Assembly (NCBI RefSeq): GCF_001194135.2
Contig: NC_068997.1
Coordinates: forward strand, 57,053,372 to 57,117,371
Direction: 5' to 3'
Length of the DNA: 64,000 bases
Source of the DNA: Octopus bimaculoides
Taxonomy: Eukaryota
Each line of letters opens with the position of its first letter. Position 1 is the stretch's first letter. The translations under genes and the position numbers were made by a program. Below the pieces are notes generated by a model, which was not told the DNA's origin, searched no databases, and worked only from the letters and a program-made list of their open reading frames with translations. Shown here piece by piece: positions 52,959 to 64,000 of the stretch.

Positions 52959-55076
52959 TCATCCACTTGAATTAGCCAGTTAGAATTTGTGGTTCATCTT
53001 ACATTACAGTGTTATAGACTTGAAATTGGCAGGGTCAGTGACCGAATTATTGGCCAGTAGAGAAGTACACATTATTGTGCTATCGCTGAGATGGTCTACT
53101 GGATATTAAAACCGGCCAAGAAGGCAGGGAATGTTATGTTTCTCACTGATAGATGCATACAACCTTGTCAATTGTAATAGAAGCTGGTCAACAATTGGTG
53201 CGTTGTACAGAAGAATGCTGTCATATTTTCTCGTATTTCTTTCTCCTCCTCATTCTTTGAGTGTTAATACATGCATACAGTGTGTATATACATAAAGATA
53301 CATAGATAGATTAATAGATAGAGAGGAGATATGTGTGAGGCGCGCGATAGATGGAAGTGGATTGGAAATGTAATCATGCTCAAGAAATATTTCTCGATAT
53401 GTTGAGGGAAAGGGTAGGTGCAGCGTGTAATATGAGTCACGTGCTTCTTCGTCACGAGGTAACTATGGCGTGGATTTAATTATGCCATTCACATGTATGC
53501 ATACAAATATAAACACAAAAAGAGACATTACAAACGCATACACACGCGTTCATATATACACATACACATACACACACACACGTTCATATATACATAATTT
53601 CTGCGATATAATCATGGGTTATATTTTAATAGAGTAACTCGGTAAACATATACATACATAAATCACTCACAAATATGCATGTGTATATATATGTGTGTGT
53701 GTGTGTGTACGCATATGTAGAGAGAGACACAGAGAGAAGGATTTGGTTAAAGAGCCTACACATCAACAGGGTTATGTACTTGTACCTATATCATGATGAA
53801 CGTCAAGGACGCACGTCATGTTTCTGCAGATATGTTAATAAGAACAGGAATTATTAGACTCAAGTAGGCATGGCAATTGTTTGTACTTTTATTTCTTGCT
53901 GGTGATTATAATCTGCGACCAGTTCCTCCATATAATCTCATGATAAATATTGGCAGAGATAATATTACATGAGCAAACAATCTAAACTATATTTGATATG
54001 AAATACAATATACAAATTTCCTCAAAGTGTTTGTCTAAATGATAGTGGTAAAGGTATTGTGAAAATAATTTGCTGAAATACAAAACATATTACGTTCGAT
54101 AAAGTTTCGAAGTGTTGACTGCCTGGTATTGAATCGTGTGTGCTGCATGTGTGTGTGCGCGTGTGTATAACTATGTATCTATCTATATGTGTATGTGTGT
54201 GTGTGTCTGTTTACAGCTGTGGTTGTGTGGTAAGAAGTTGGCTTGGCAGGTAACTATTCCCGATTTCAGTCTTTCTGCATTACGTAAATATATCCCACGT
54301 GAAATAATTTCAATTTTCCTTTGTTACTCTTCAAAAACTCTATCTTCTATGAGTGAAAGTTATATAGTTGAGGACAACTATATAAGCCATAAAAAATAAG
54401 CAAAACAAGCAAGCGACTGTAATATTATTTTCATAAGAAGTTTTTAAAACAAAAACAAGGCAATTCATCAGTTTATAACGAACAAGTTAATTCTGCAATT
54501 CATCAATATTCCTGTGGTGTAATATTAACCACGGCTGTATCTTATCAGGAGGGATTTTTCCCCGGGAGATTTTGTTTTCAGGGGTATTTTGTCCCGATGC
54601 CATATATATCGAAAGAGTTGCTTTTATCTAACAGTCTACCGAAGCCAACTCAAATGCGAGTACACTTGCAACAAATTAGGGAAACTCATGCCAGGCAGAT
54701 TTCACTACTACATGTTGCAGTACTTATTTTATTATTCCTACTTTAAAATAGTATGATACAAGTGATGTTAAACGTAAGATAAAAAAAATATTGATAAGTT
54801 CAAACGAGCTCTGTGGAGATTTGAATAATAATTTCATATTGATTCTTGTTAAAATTTTAGTAATGGCAAAAGTATAGTATTGAATACTTCCCTTTAAAAC
54901 TGTAACATTGACACCTAGTCAGGGTTGCTCTTTTCAAGTCAATATTTAGCAGAAGTTTTGAAAAATAAAAGTACTTTTGAAAAGCAGAAACAATAAATAG
55001 TTTCTGAAAATCCTATCGTGTCGGATTTTGAGTAAGAGGCACAGACACACATGGTCATATACTTACATCCTCGTGC

Positions 55077-55124
<48 letters not shown>

Positions 55125-56604
55125 AGACATACACACACACACACACATATATATGTCCAAATACTTACATATACATACATGAGTGTGTCTATGTCTGTCT
55201 CATTCTGTTGTTTTTCACGTAAATAAATATTTACTTTCACAAATGTTAAATATTTATTTTGCAAAATGTTATGTTGTAATGTCTTAGGGTTTCCGCTCTG
55301 GTTTTCCTACTTTCTAGTTGTTGTTATTTTGTTGTCATTAACGTTTTCTTATTATCATTATTGTTGTATTATTATTATTATTTACATATTACTCATCTTG
55401 CAGTTTATGGTTCTTTCAAATGTTTTCTTTTAAATAGCATAAACTTCATTTTCGTTCCTTTTCTTCTTTCAAGTTATGTCTCTTCCTTCGTTAATCCTTC
55501 TCCCCCCCCCCTGTTATTTTGCTTTTCTTAATGTTTTCTTTTTCGCTTTAATGCTTTTTGTCTGCTTTGCTGTTTTTTTTTTATATTCATTTTATAATTT
55601 TGTTCTTTCCTTTCTCTTACTCCGAAACCATCCATTTCCTTTGTTTCCTTGTTTCTTCCATCGTTCTTAACATCTTCTTCACCCATCTTCCTTTTCCTTT
55701 CTTTCTTTTCTTAGCATTGAGCATACAAAATGTTTCTGCAGTTGTTATTCAGCCCCGGGACAGTTTGTAATGTACAGGCTTCTGTTGAAAGACGAAACAT
55801 TACCATACCACCTGACAATCGAAAATTATTTAAGTCAATAGTAATTAAAAGGATATTGGTTTCTCAATACGACAGGTTTGACAAATTTGATGAAAATACT
55901 TTGTTTTTATATGTAGGATGTGAAGCAAACAGGCAGCAAACCAAAATTGATTGACTTGTGTCGGGTTGGCACCTCACTTGCGATCCTCGCTCGATTTTGA
56001 GTCTCGTGTGTTTTATTTTTCATACGCCCGCCAGATGTCATCTTTTCTTCCTCTCACTCTCCCTCCTTACTATATCGCCTCGCAAATAACTTCTACTTTC
56101 CTTCGTCGTTTCGTACAGCCCACCCCACCATTTCCTCCTGCCATTTCAGCACTTAATTACTCCACTCGCCACCTTACTCACTTATCTTACAGTAACTTTC
56201 CCCTACATTCAACCCTCTCTTTAAATTTACCTACATCATTTCTCCCCAACTAGATTTCCATTAATTTCTAACATATTTACACAACCGAAAACGGGTTTAT
56301 TAATGTGTTAGCATTTTCGTCAACGTTGAAGAAAATATGCGTATTCAAGGCCATTATAATCAAAATTCAACTAGGAAAACGTTGTTGAAATAGTTTGTGG
56401 CGAAGGGGTTTTGCGGATTTATTTTGAGTTTTAGCTATGCAGCTTTGTAATTTAGACAATCTGCAATTTACAACTAACATCAGCGAAATGCACACACATA
56501 CACACACGCATATTTATGCATACGCTCCTATGTATCTGTCAGTCTGTTTATGTTTTTCTATCTATTTCCCTGCCTCTTCTTCTTCATATGCATATGAGAA
56601 TCAT

Positions 56605-56760
56605 ACTGGTGTCTTTTTGTGGTAAGAGGTTTGCTCCCAAAACACATAGTTTAATGAAACTTCAGCATGTGTCTTCCACGATATCCCAGGGCCGACAAAG
56701 CCTTGTGATAGGATTTTGTTGATTTTCTAAACGAAAACAGAAAGAAGCCCTTTGCGTGTG
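56605..56760 (+). mobile_element. tRNA-headed SINE family D, diverged copy
   Basis: TGTGGTAAGAGGTTTGCTCCCAAAACACATAG head (similar to the 57030-57132 head), then GTGTCTTCCAC..GGGCCGACAAAGCCTTGTGA..GAAAGAAGCCC. Confidence 0.65.
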
Positions 56761-56808
56761 TATGAGTATGTGTGTTTTAGCGCGCGCGAATGCGTGCGTA
56801 ATATATTG

Positions 56809-56992
56809 GGGCCGAAGAATAGCGATGGCTTGCCAAGCCTTCTTGCTTCTTGCAGTGATGTCCTCATCAGATCCACCTGATTTGCTAATCTTGCTGCCAA
56901 GATAGACAAACTGACTAACGTCCTCCACAGGTGCCCCCTCGATTGTAATTGGCTCTTCCTGCTTGTTGTTGATATGCAGCACATTTTTCTTT

Positions 56993-56993
<1 letters not shown>
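56809..56993 (-). mobile_element. RTE-clade LINE fragment (RT domain 7 and thumb)
   Basis: KKNVLHINNKQEEPITIEGAPVEDVSQFVYLGSKISKSGGSDEDITARSKKAWQAIAILRP resembles the RTE pattern ITLxGExLExVxxFxYLGSxIxxxGGSDxDVxARIxKA. It differs from the 27.5-28.7 kb family. Confidence 0.85.
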
Positions 56994-57029
<36 letters not shown>

Positions 57030-57032
<3 letters not shown>

Positions 57033-57132
57033 CGGTAACTTCTAGGCTATTGCCCAAGGTTCCACGAAGGGGGAATGAACTCGGAACCAAGTGGTTGGAA
57101 AGCAAGCTACTTACCACACAGCCACTCCTAAC
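57030..57132 (-). mobile_element. SINE family D 5' part
   Basis: Minus strand AGGAGTGGCTGTGTGGTAAGTAGCTTGCTTTCCAACCACTTGGTTCCGAGTTCATTCCCCC..CCTTGGGCAA (A box, B box, CORE-like start). Confidence 0.75.
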
Positions 57133-58635
57133 TGTAACTAATGTTGAGGTTGCTTTCTTACTTTTACATTATTTGCCGAGGTCTTACTCAGATCTGGTGT
57201 GATATCAACATTTAACAGGACAGCAATGGCAGCTATCAGGTTCGTTAAGTTTTCAATTTCCAAAATGTCACAAATAAATATAATGTACAGAAGTTGTACC
57301 ATTTTCAGTGAAAAGTATAAATACAACACAAACAAAGCAAAATGACAACAACAACAACACTTCTAATTATTAGAATATGAAGAATAGTCATTATAACAGC
57401 TTTCGTAACAACAATGACACGATGAGCATGCTGGGGCTGAAGAGAAGATGGAGCAATATGATCATCATCATCATCAACTTCGTTCATATTGTTATTATTA
57501 TTACTGTTATTGTAATTGTAGTAGCAGCATTGGTAGTGATAATAATGATACTTTAATGCAGGTTTCAGACAAAACACTTTGATTTTAAAAGCTTTTGTAC
57601 TATTTGTCCATCATTTATATTATTAACTGCTTCTGTCTTTCTTTCACCCTCTCTTTCCTTCTCGTTTAGTTTGAAATAAATGGAACAGAAAATATGGAAT
57701 ATAATGATATTACATTATCTTTTGGCAACTCTATTAATATTGCCAAATTATAAATTCAAAATTTATGTTTTTGAAAAAAAACGAAATCAACGAAGATGTT
57801 CATTTAATGATTTATTTCGATAATTATTAATTTATTTGGTAATATGTGGATGGTATCGATGATGTTGATGTTGTCGATGGTGTTGATGTTCTTGTTTAGC
57901 TCCAAATCAACCTTGCTCGAGATGACTTATCATCAGTAGCATTCCAACTGTGGCACTCTCATATGAAGGCATACAGCTATATCCGCGTCCTCAATTGTAT
58001 ACACTACCTTCTCACGAATAGTTGGTGAGAGTCAACCATAAGATTTGATTCCTGTTCCTAGTAAATTTACTGACTTTTTGGAAGCTTTCATGCGTGTCTC
58101 ATAATCTCTTGGTGCTTATCTTAAAGAGCTAATGACTGATTCAGTTTGATATCAAACTTCTCGTTGCTGGGCTGGAAACAAAAAATTATTTTGAGCTCTG
58201 AAGTATGAAATTTTGAGCAAAAACACTAATTTCCACACCTCAGTTTACTAAATTGACATAATTAGAGAGCAAATTTGCCGAAAAGATCAGAAGCGATAAA
58301 GAAATTCCTGAATTTCTATCATTCCTTCTGCTGGAATGAAGGAGAAAATATTATTGATACTCGGAACTAATCTTTTGAGGGAAAATTGAAGTTTTTTATA
58401 ACTTGTCATCCACGACCGGCATGAGGTGAAGTTAGCCACTTGTTACAAAAGGGTATTTCATCATAAAAGACGATGTTGATAATGCAAATTATAACACGCA
58501 AATTATAACACGCAAATTACAATCAACAGTAGCAGTACATTGTAAATTCACCTAAAAATTATTTTATTTCCATAAATTGAACAAGGCTCAGCGTCACTTC
58601 TAATAATTTATGGATTCTACGCTAATTCCTTAGTA

Positions 58636-58841
58636 TTCTTTCCTAACATTGGTACAAAGCCTGAAATTTAGATGGATGGGAATAGTCGGTTACATTCACC
58701 CCAATATTTAACTGGTACTTATTTTATCGACCTCGAGTTGATGAATACAAAGTCGACCCCGGCGGAATTTGAGCTCATACCTGAAAATCGGAAGAAATGC
58801 TACAAAGCATTTTGTCCGGCATGCTAACAATTCTCCGCCTT
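58636..58841 (-). mobile_element. SINE family A copy (diverged)
   Basis: AACTGGTACTTATTTTATCGACC..AAGTCGACCCCGGCGGAATTTGAGCTC..AAGCATTTTGTCCGGCATGCTAAC. Confidence 0.85.
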
Positions 58842-59520
58842 CGTATGTTACACTTATTAAAATCATGAATGTTATCAACATTTGGTACCTAGTTGCAGAT
58901 AAAAATGGTTACAGCCATTTAAAGGAGGAGTTATTTGAATGTAAATAACATTCTTACGGTGTTAACGAGAATATATGCAGAACAAATCGATGGACTGACA
59001 GACTCAGCCCTGTCCGACTAAATATACACGAAATCATTGTCATATCTAGATATTGTATAGGTTCGTTTTTTGGGGGGGTTTTATTAGTGGAATATTTAAG
59101 AAAATTTGTTGATTTAATTCGTTAATAAACATCGAGTTTTTTGTTTGTTTTAGTTGAATAAGATTTCTGCATTTAAATATGAAAAAGGAAAAAAATGGAA
59201 AACAATTAATAGTCGAAAAATATAAATTAATGTAGTGTGAAATTGAAAACAAATGGGTAAGTGAAATAAATCATTCAAGTAATTAATAACAATTTTATTA
59301 GTAATTACTTTTAATTTCACATCATGAGAATGGTATGGTATAGATGCATAAGGAAATACGTACGTATGTATGTCATCTTATATATATATATATATATATA
59401 TTTGCATATAAATATACATACATATGCCATGCCAAAACAATAATATATGTACACAGAAGCATGTAATGAATATATGCAGTGCATTTAAAGTACACACATA
59501 TTGTAATTATTAAAGGCCAT

Positions 59521-59742
59521 GAGGCGGTGAGCTGTGATAAAAGTTAACACGCCGGGCGAAATGCTTAGCAGTACTCCGTCTGTCTTTACATTCTGAGTTC
59601 AAATCCCGCCGAGGTCGACTTTGCTTTTCATTCTTTTGGGGTCGATAAATCAAGTGTCAGTCGCGTACTTGGGTCGATCTAACCGACTGGCCCCCCTCCC
59701 CCAAAATTTCGGACCTTGTGCCTACAGTAGAAAAGAATTATT
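59521..59742 (+). mobile_element. SINE family A full-length copy (first of a tandem dimer)
   Basis: Complete head, body and tail ending GTAGAAAAGAATTATT. Confidence 0.92.
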
Positions 59743-59923
59743 GAAGGTGATGAGGTAGCAGAGTCGTTAGCACGCCGGACGAAATGCTTAGCAGTATTTC
59801 GTCTGTCGCTGACGTTGCAAGTTCAAATTTCGCCGAGGTTGACTTTGCCTTTCATCCTTTCGGGTTTGATAAGATAAGTACCAGTGAAACACTGCGGTCT
59901 AATTCCTTGCCCCCAAAATTTCA
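59743..59923 (+). mobile_element. SINE family A copy starting directly in the tail of the previous copy
   Basis: GAAGGTGATGAGGTAGCAGAGTCGTTAGCACGCCGGACGAAATGCTTAGC..CCTTTCATCCTTTCGGGTTTGATAAGATAAGTACCAG. Confidence 0.9.
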
Positions 59924-60147
59924 CTGATGATCTGATTATAAATGGTTGGTCAGAAATCGGTCAGATGCATATAACATCTGAAATAGATTGGATACCTTCT
60001 GTCGTGTTCAAATTTGAAAGTAGAACCCAGTCACTAAAGATAGGTACCAGTCGAAAAGATAAGTATCCTTGTCGTGGGATATATGAAAAGACACAAGCGA
60101 TGAATGACGGACTGCCTAGGAGGATGGCATGTAATGGTATGTTTTTA

Positions 60148-60192
<45 letters not shown>

Positions 60193-60778
60193 TACTAGGC
60201 AGTAAACACGCCCGCACAGACACACACATATACAAACAAACACGTGCACAAGCATACTTATATTCTGTTTGTATTCTGCTAGTAATATAACTGAAATAAA
60301 AGTAAACAATTTAAATCGGATGAAATATAAAACCATATTCTATAAAAATATTTCGGTTATCATATATTTTGATATCAATACATATCAATATAATGTAATT
60401 TATTTCTGTAATATTTCCAAATTCTTCCCTCAGGGACCAGAATTTTCTTCTGTGTCTTTTAGTTAGACCATAAAGGAAAATGAAAATATTTTCCATCAAT
60501 TGAGAAATACTAACTTGATCAAAATTAAATTGACAAGTTAAACGTTGCTTACTGTATTGTGATAGTATGAAATTTCACCTTCTAATTTCAAATTTTTAAT
60601 GGAGATTCACGTCGTGTCACACTGACCGGTGAGTTTAATTACAGCGGGTTTTCACAAATTGGTTTGTTCCCTTGTATAATTTGCATAATTGTCACTCAAT
60701 GGTAAGTCACTTGAAAGTCTTCAGGAGTATAACTTTGATTCAATTGCTAAATGGACTTTTATTAACAGCAGCAAATGA

Positions 60779-60821
<43 letters not shown>

Positions 60822-60957
60822 NNNNNNNNNNNNNNNNNNNNNNNNNNNNNNNNNNNNNNNNNNNNNNNNNNNNNNNNNNNNNNNNNNNNNNNNNNNNNNN
60901 NNNNNNNNNNNNNNNNNNNNNNNNNNNNNNNNNNNNNNNNNNNNNNNNNNNNNNNNN

Positions 60958-60995
<38 letters not shown>

Positions 60996-61226
60996 TCACT
61001 CTTTCTAAATCTATTTGTGAATACAATTTCCTCTTTGCTAATTCCCCACAATAAAAATGGAAGATTTCTTTAATCTTAGCAGAACAGAAAACCACGAAGA
61101 GAATCCCATGTCGCGCAAATAATTTAATTTCCATTTTAATGAATAATTAGTTTCAGGATCATTTTCCTGGTTAAGTTATTAGTTACCTATTCTAAACCAT
61201 TTAAAGAGTTTAAACTAAATTATTGT

Positions 61227-61539
61227 AGTAAAGATTGTTTGCTAAAATAACATGGTAGTCCTGGTTTAGGACAAATGTTGCTGTAATTTAGCCCCAGGAG
61301 ACATCGTCTCCAGCCGGCTATATGACACAATCTATGTCTTTATATTTTCAAGCAAGGGAATCTAGTACCCCCACTCAGCTCAAAACAATATCTATGCATT
61401 GCGATTTCCCTTGTTCGAAAATATAAGGATACAGTTCATGTCGTATAGCCAGCTGGAGACGATGTCTCCGGGGGCTAAATTACAGCAACATTCGTCCTAA
61501 ACCAGGACTGCCATGTTATGTTGGCAAACAATCCTTACT
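61227..61539. mobile_element. Foldback MITE with about 135-bp inverted arms and about 40-bp spacer
   Basis: 61227-61362 pairs with 61403-61539 (e.g. TGTTGCTGTAATTTAGCCCC..GGAGACATCGTCTCCAGC / GCTGGAGACGATGTCTCC..GGGGCTAAATTACAGCAACA). Confidence 0.88.
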
Positions 61540-61980
61540 CCAAAGTACTGTTGCTGAATATCTCTCGTGATGAGATTTAAAAGTAGTAAATTATTGTAGT
61601 TTCACAATTTATAACCTATTTTTACTAACAGCTAGTTACACATACTTCCTTAAATGTGTTTGTTATATGTTCAGTATTTCACATAGAATATAGCAATGCT
61701 TTCAGCATTTGCAATACCGTAGGTTTAATAAATGTTAAATCAAGATTGTTAAAGAATACATTAACCAACATCAAATTAATACAGTTCAAATAGATCAACG
61801 CTGTATTAGGAAAAAGTAAATGTGCCGTATGTTTATCACAAAACATATGATTAACCTTTTGCAAATAAATATGTAGAAAGGTCCAAAGTGAACGTGTGGA
61901 TCGTAGAGAGTAAAGACATATATTAGATTTCGTTTGATGGAACGTGAAAGACTAAGTGCCGCCATGATACGTATGTTTAT

Positions 61981-62041
<61 letters not shown>

Positions 62042-62144
62042 GATAAGTGATTGTACACTTGTGTACGCATATACATTATACGTTTATTCTACGGTATTTC
62101 CACGTATATATGTATATATGTGTGTGTGTGTGTGTGTGCATATA

Positions 62145-62189
<45 letters not shown>

Positions 62190-63232
62190 GTATGTATGTA
62201 TATATTATGTATATACCAATATACGTATGTATATGTTTCTGAGGGTGCCCGCGCGCGAGTGTGAATGTCAGGTGGTCTATGTACATAAGTCTATGTATTT
62301 CCTCTTTTCAATTCGAGGTTGCTTTGGCACATTTTCTAAGTCCTGTATATTTCTTTGGTAAATCCATCTACTGTCTGTAGCAATGTTTCCAGACGTTTAT
62401 CATTTGCAGCGTACAGTCTTAGGTCAACCATATATAAGAGGTGGCTGATTGCTTTTCAGTAGCAGTTGTATCCGTATCCAGTTCTGTTTAGTATGTCAGT
62501 GCCAAGCATAAAAGGAGTGGAGAGAGCAAGAAATAGAAGAGGATCTAACGTTACGGTCGTTATCCTTAAGAAAGAAAAGAAAGAGAAAGAATATTTAAGA
62601 GACGTATGACAGCGAAAATCCTTCGAAACCAGACGACAAAGATACAAATGGTTATTTTGATAATGATGATGATGATGGATTGTGCAAGCTGCCATCGTCG
62701 TTGTTTGATGGAGCTCATGTATAGATGTGAAATGGTTAATATTTTCTAGAATTTTGCACCGTTGATTGTTATTGTAAAATTAGTCGAGTTGCTTCTGAGG
62801 CTTTAATCAATGTTGGTTTTGCTGTCGTTGTTGTTTTTGTTCATGTTTCTGTATTTCTTGTCGATGTTATAGCTGCAGCCATTGATGTTGTTTCCGAACT
62901 TTTGCTGATGGTTGTAGTTTGTTACAAGTTTTCAATGAAGAAAATTCAGACAGCAGTTATATTTGTGTGTGTGTGTGTATTTGTAATCTGCTGTATATAC
63001 AGACATTAATAAGTATCCATGGTTGCACACACACACATACGTGCACACACAAAAGTACAGCTTGTATATCTTATTATGCATATATGTATGATTATAAATA
63101 TGTATACAACTATAACATATAACAGACACATACATACAGTATGCATATACATGCATATATATATATATATATATATATACATATGTATGTATGCATTGTT
63201 GTATGTATGTCTATATATATGTATAATTCAAG

Positions 63233-63413
63233 TTTACTTTTGACTTCTAAAGACAATTACATACATACACGTGCGTACATCAGAACGTATATGTGTGTAC
63301 ATGAAATTTATATGTATACTTGCAGATACACATCCATATATGTGCGTACATGAATGTGTGTGCGTGTGTGTGTGTGAATTCCTCTTTATTTTGACATCTA
63401 AAGACAATTACAT
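63233..63413 (+). repeat. About 30-bp direct repeat flanking about 120 bp of low-complexity CA/TG/TA sequence
   Basis: TTTACTTTTGACTTCTAAAGACAATTACAT (63233-63262) and TTTATTTTGACATCTAAAGACAATTACAT (63385-63413). Confidence 0.8.
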
Positions 63414-64000
63414 TATTCAGTGTTGGAAGGAAAATTCGCCTTTGTCGAATTCAATTAAATTTTCTTCTTTTCAAATTCTACCTTGTCTTTATTTTCCTTC
63501 ATTCCATTCCAATGAAGTCCATTTCTTTCTTTTACTCCTCAGTTTCCATTACATTGTTTCCGGTGCTCTACTCACAGTGGTTTTCTCTATTAAATATCAT
63601 AACGTTACTTATAAATTTACCGCGAGATCTTTGTTCAATTCATGTTAGGTTTCAATCATTTTCATGTTAGGCTTACAATCATTTTCAAACAGAAATTATT
63701 TTCATTAAAATAGATACCAGTGATATACAGGAGGTGATACTACCATTTGTTCCTTTTCTCTTTCAAATATCATACTAGAACCACTTGTTAGTATTACATA
63801 AAGCAGGTTTTAGTTTTAACCCTTCACGTGATCAATTTTCCTTTTTTTAAGTGTTGACAATGTAAGTCAGCTTAGATATATAGGGAAATTATCATTATTG
63901 AACCGAGCGTTTAACTACGGTCCTTCCACAACACATAGCATTACGTGCCACCTTGGGTCTACTCGATACCAATACCTCCTATATATATATATATATATAT

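Larger units (their letters stand above)
2663..60957. other. Twelve assembly gaps (N-runs), most flanked by microsatellites
   Basis: 2663-2900, 3756-4635, 5052-5061, 11181-11228, 11998-12909, 14249-14258, 15197-15381, 34939-35136, 43268-43277, 45348-45826, 49656-49665, 60822-60957. Confidence 0.98.

Noticed and set aside
56605-57132. Single SINE split by an inversion
   Set aside because: The plus copy has its own head at about 56605, so these are two independent convergent copies around an RTE fragment.

Overview
AT-rich eukaryotic genomic DNA with 12 N-gaps and a very high load of (TA)n/(TG)n/(CA)n/(GA)n/(ATT)n microsatellites. The repeat landscape suggests a cephalopod, probably Octopus (inference from memory of its SINE families, not a database match). 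No host protein-coding gene, true tRNA/rRNA gene or CRISPR array can be supported. Most ORFs in the supplied track are microsatellite or N-run artefacts, and the rest show no recognisable homology apart from the transposon relics below. The window looks intergenic or intronic. It contains about 11 copies of one tRNA-headed SINE (my label: family A), two further SINE families (B, D), three RTE-clade LINE remnants, two R4/Dong-like LINE remnants, an internally deleted DD34D mariner, three foldback/MITE-like hairpins and a Penelope-type minimal hammerhead motif. Best leads: an RTE/BovB-like insertion with a head-to-head 5' inversion typical of twin priming (27549-28722); a degenerate minimal hammerhead ribozyme (10100-10135, minus); SINE A copies embedded in (ATT)n and stacked as tandem dimers; and a candidate spliced exon pair with an open frame (51932-52205). 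I found no convincing new multi-gene system.
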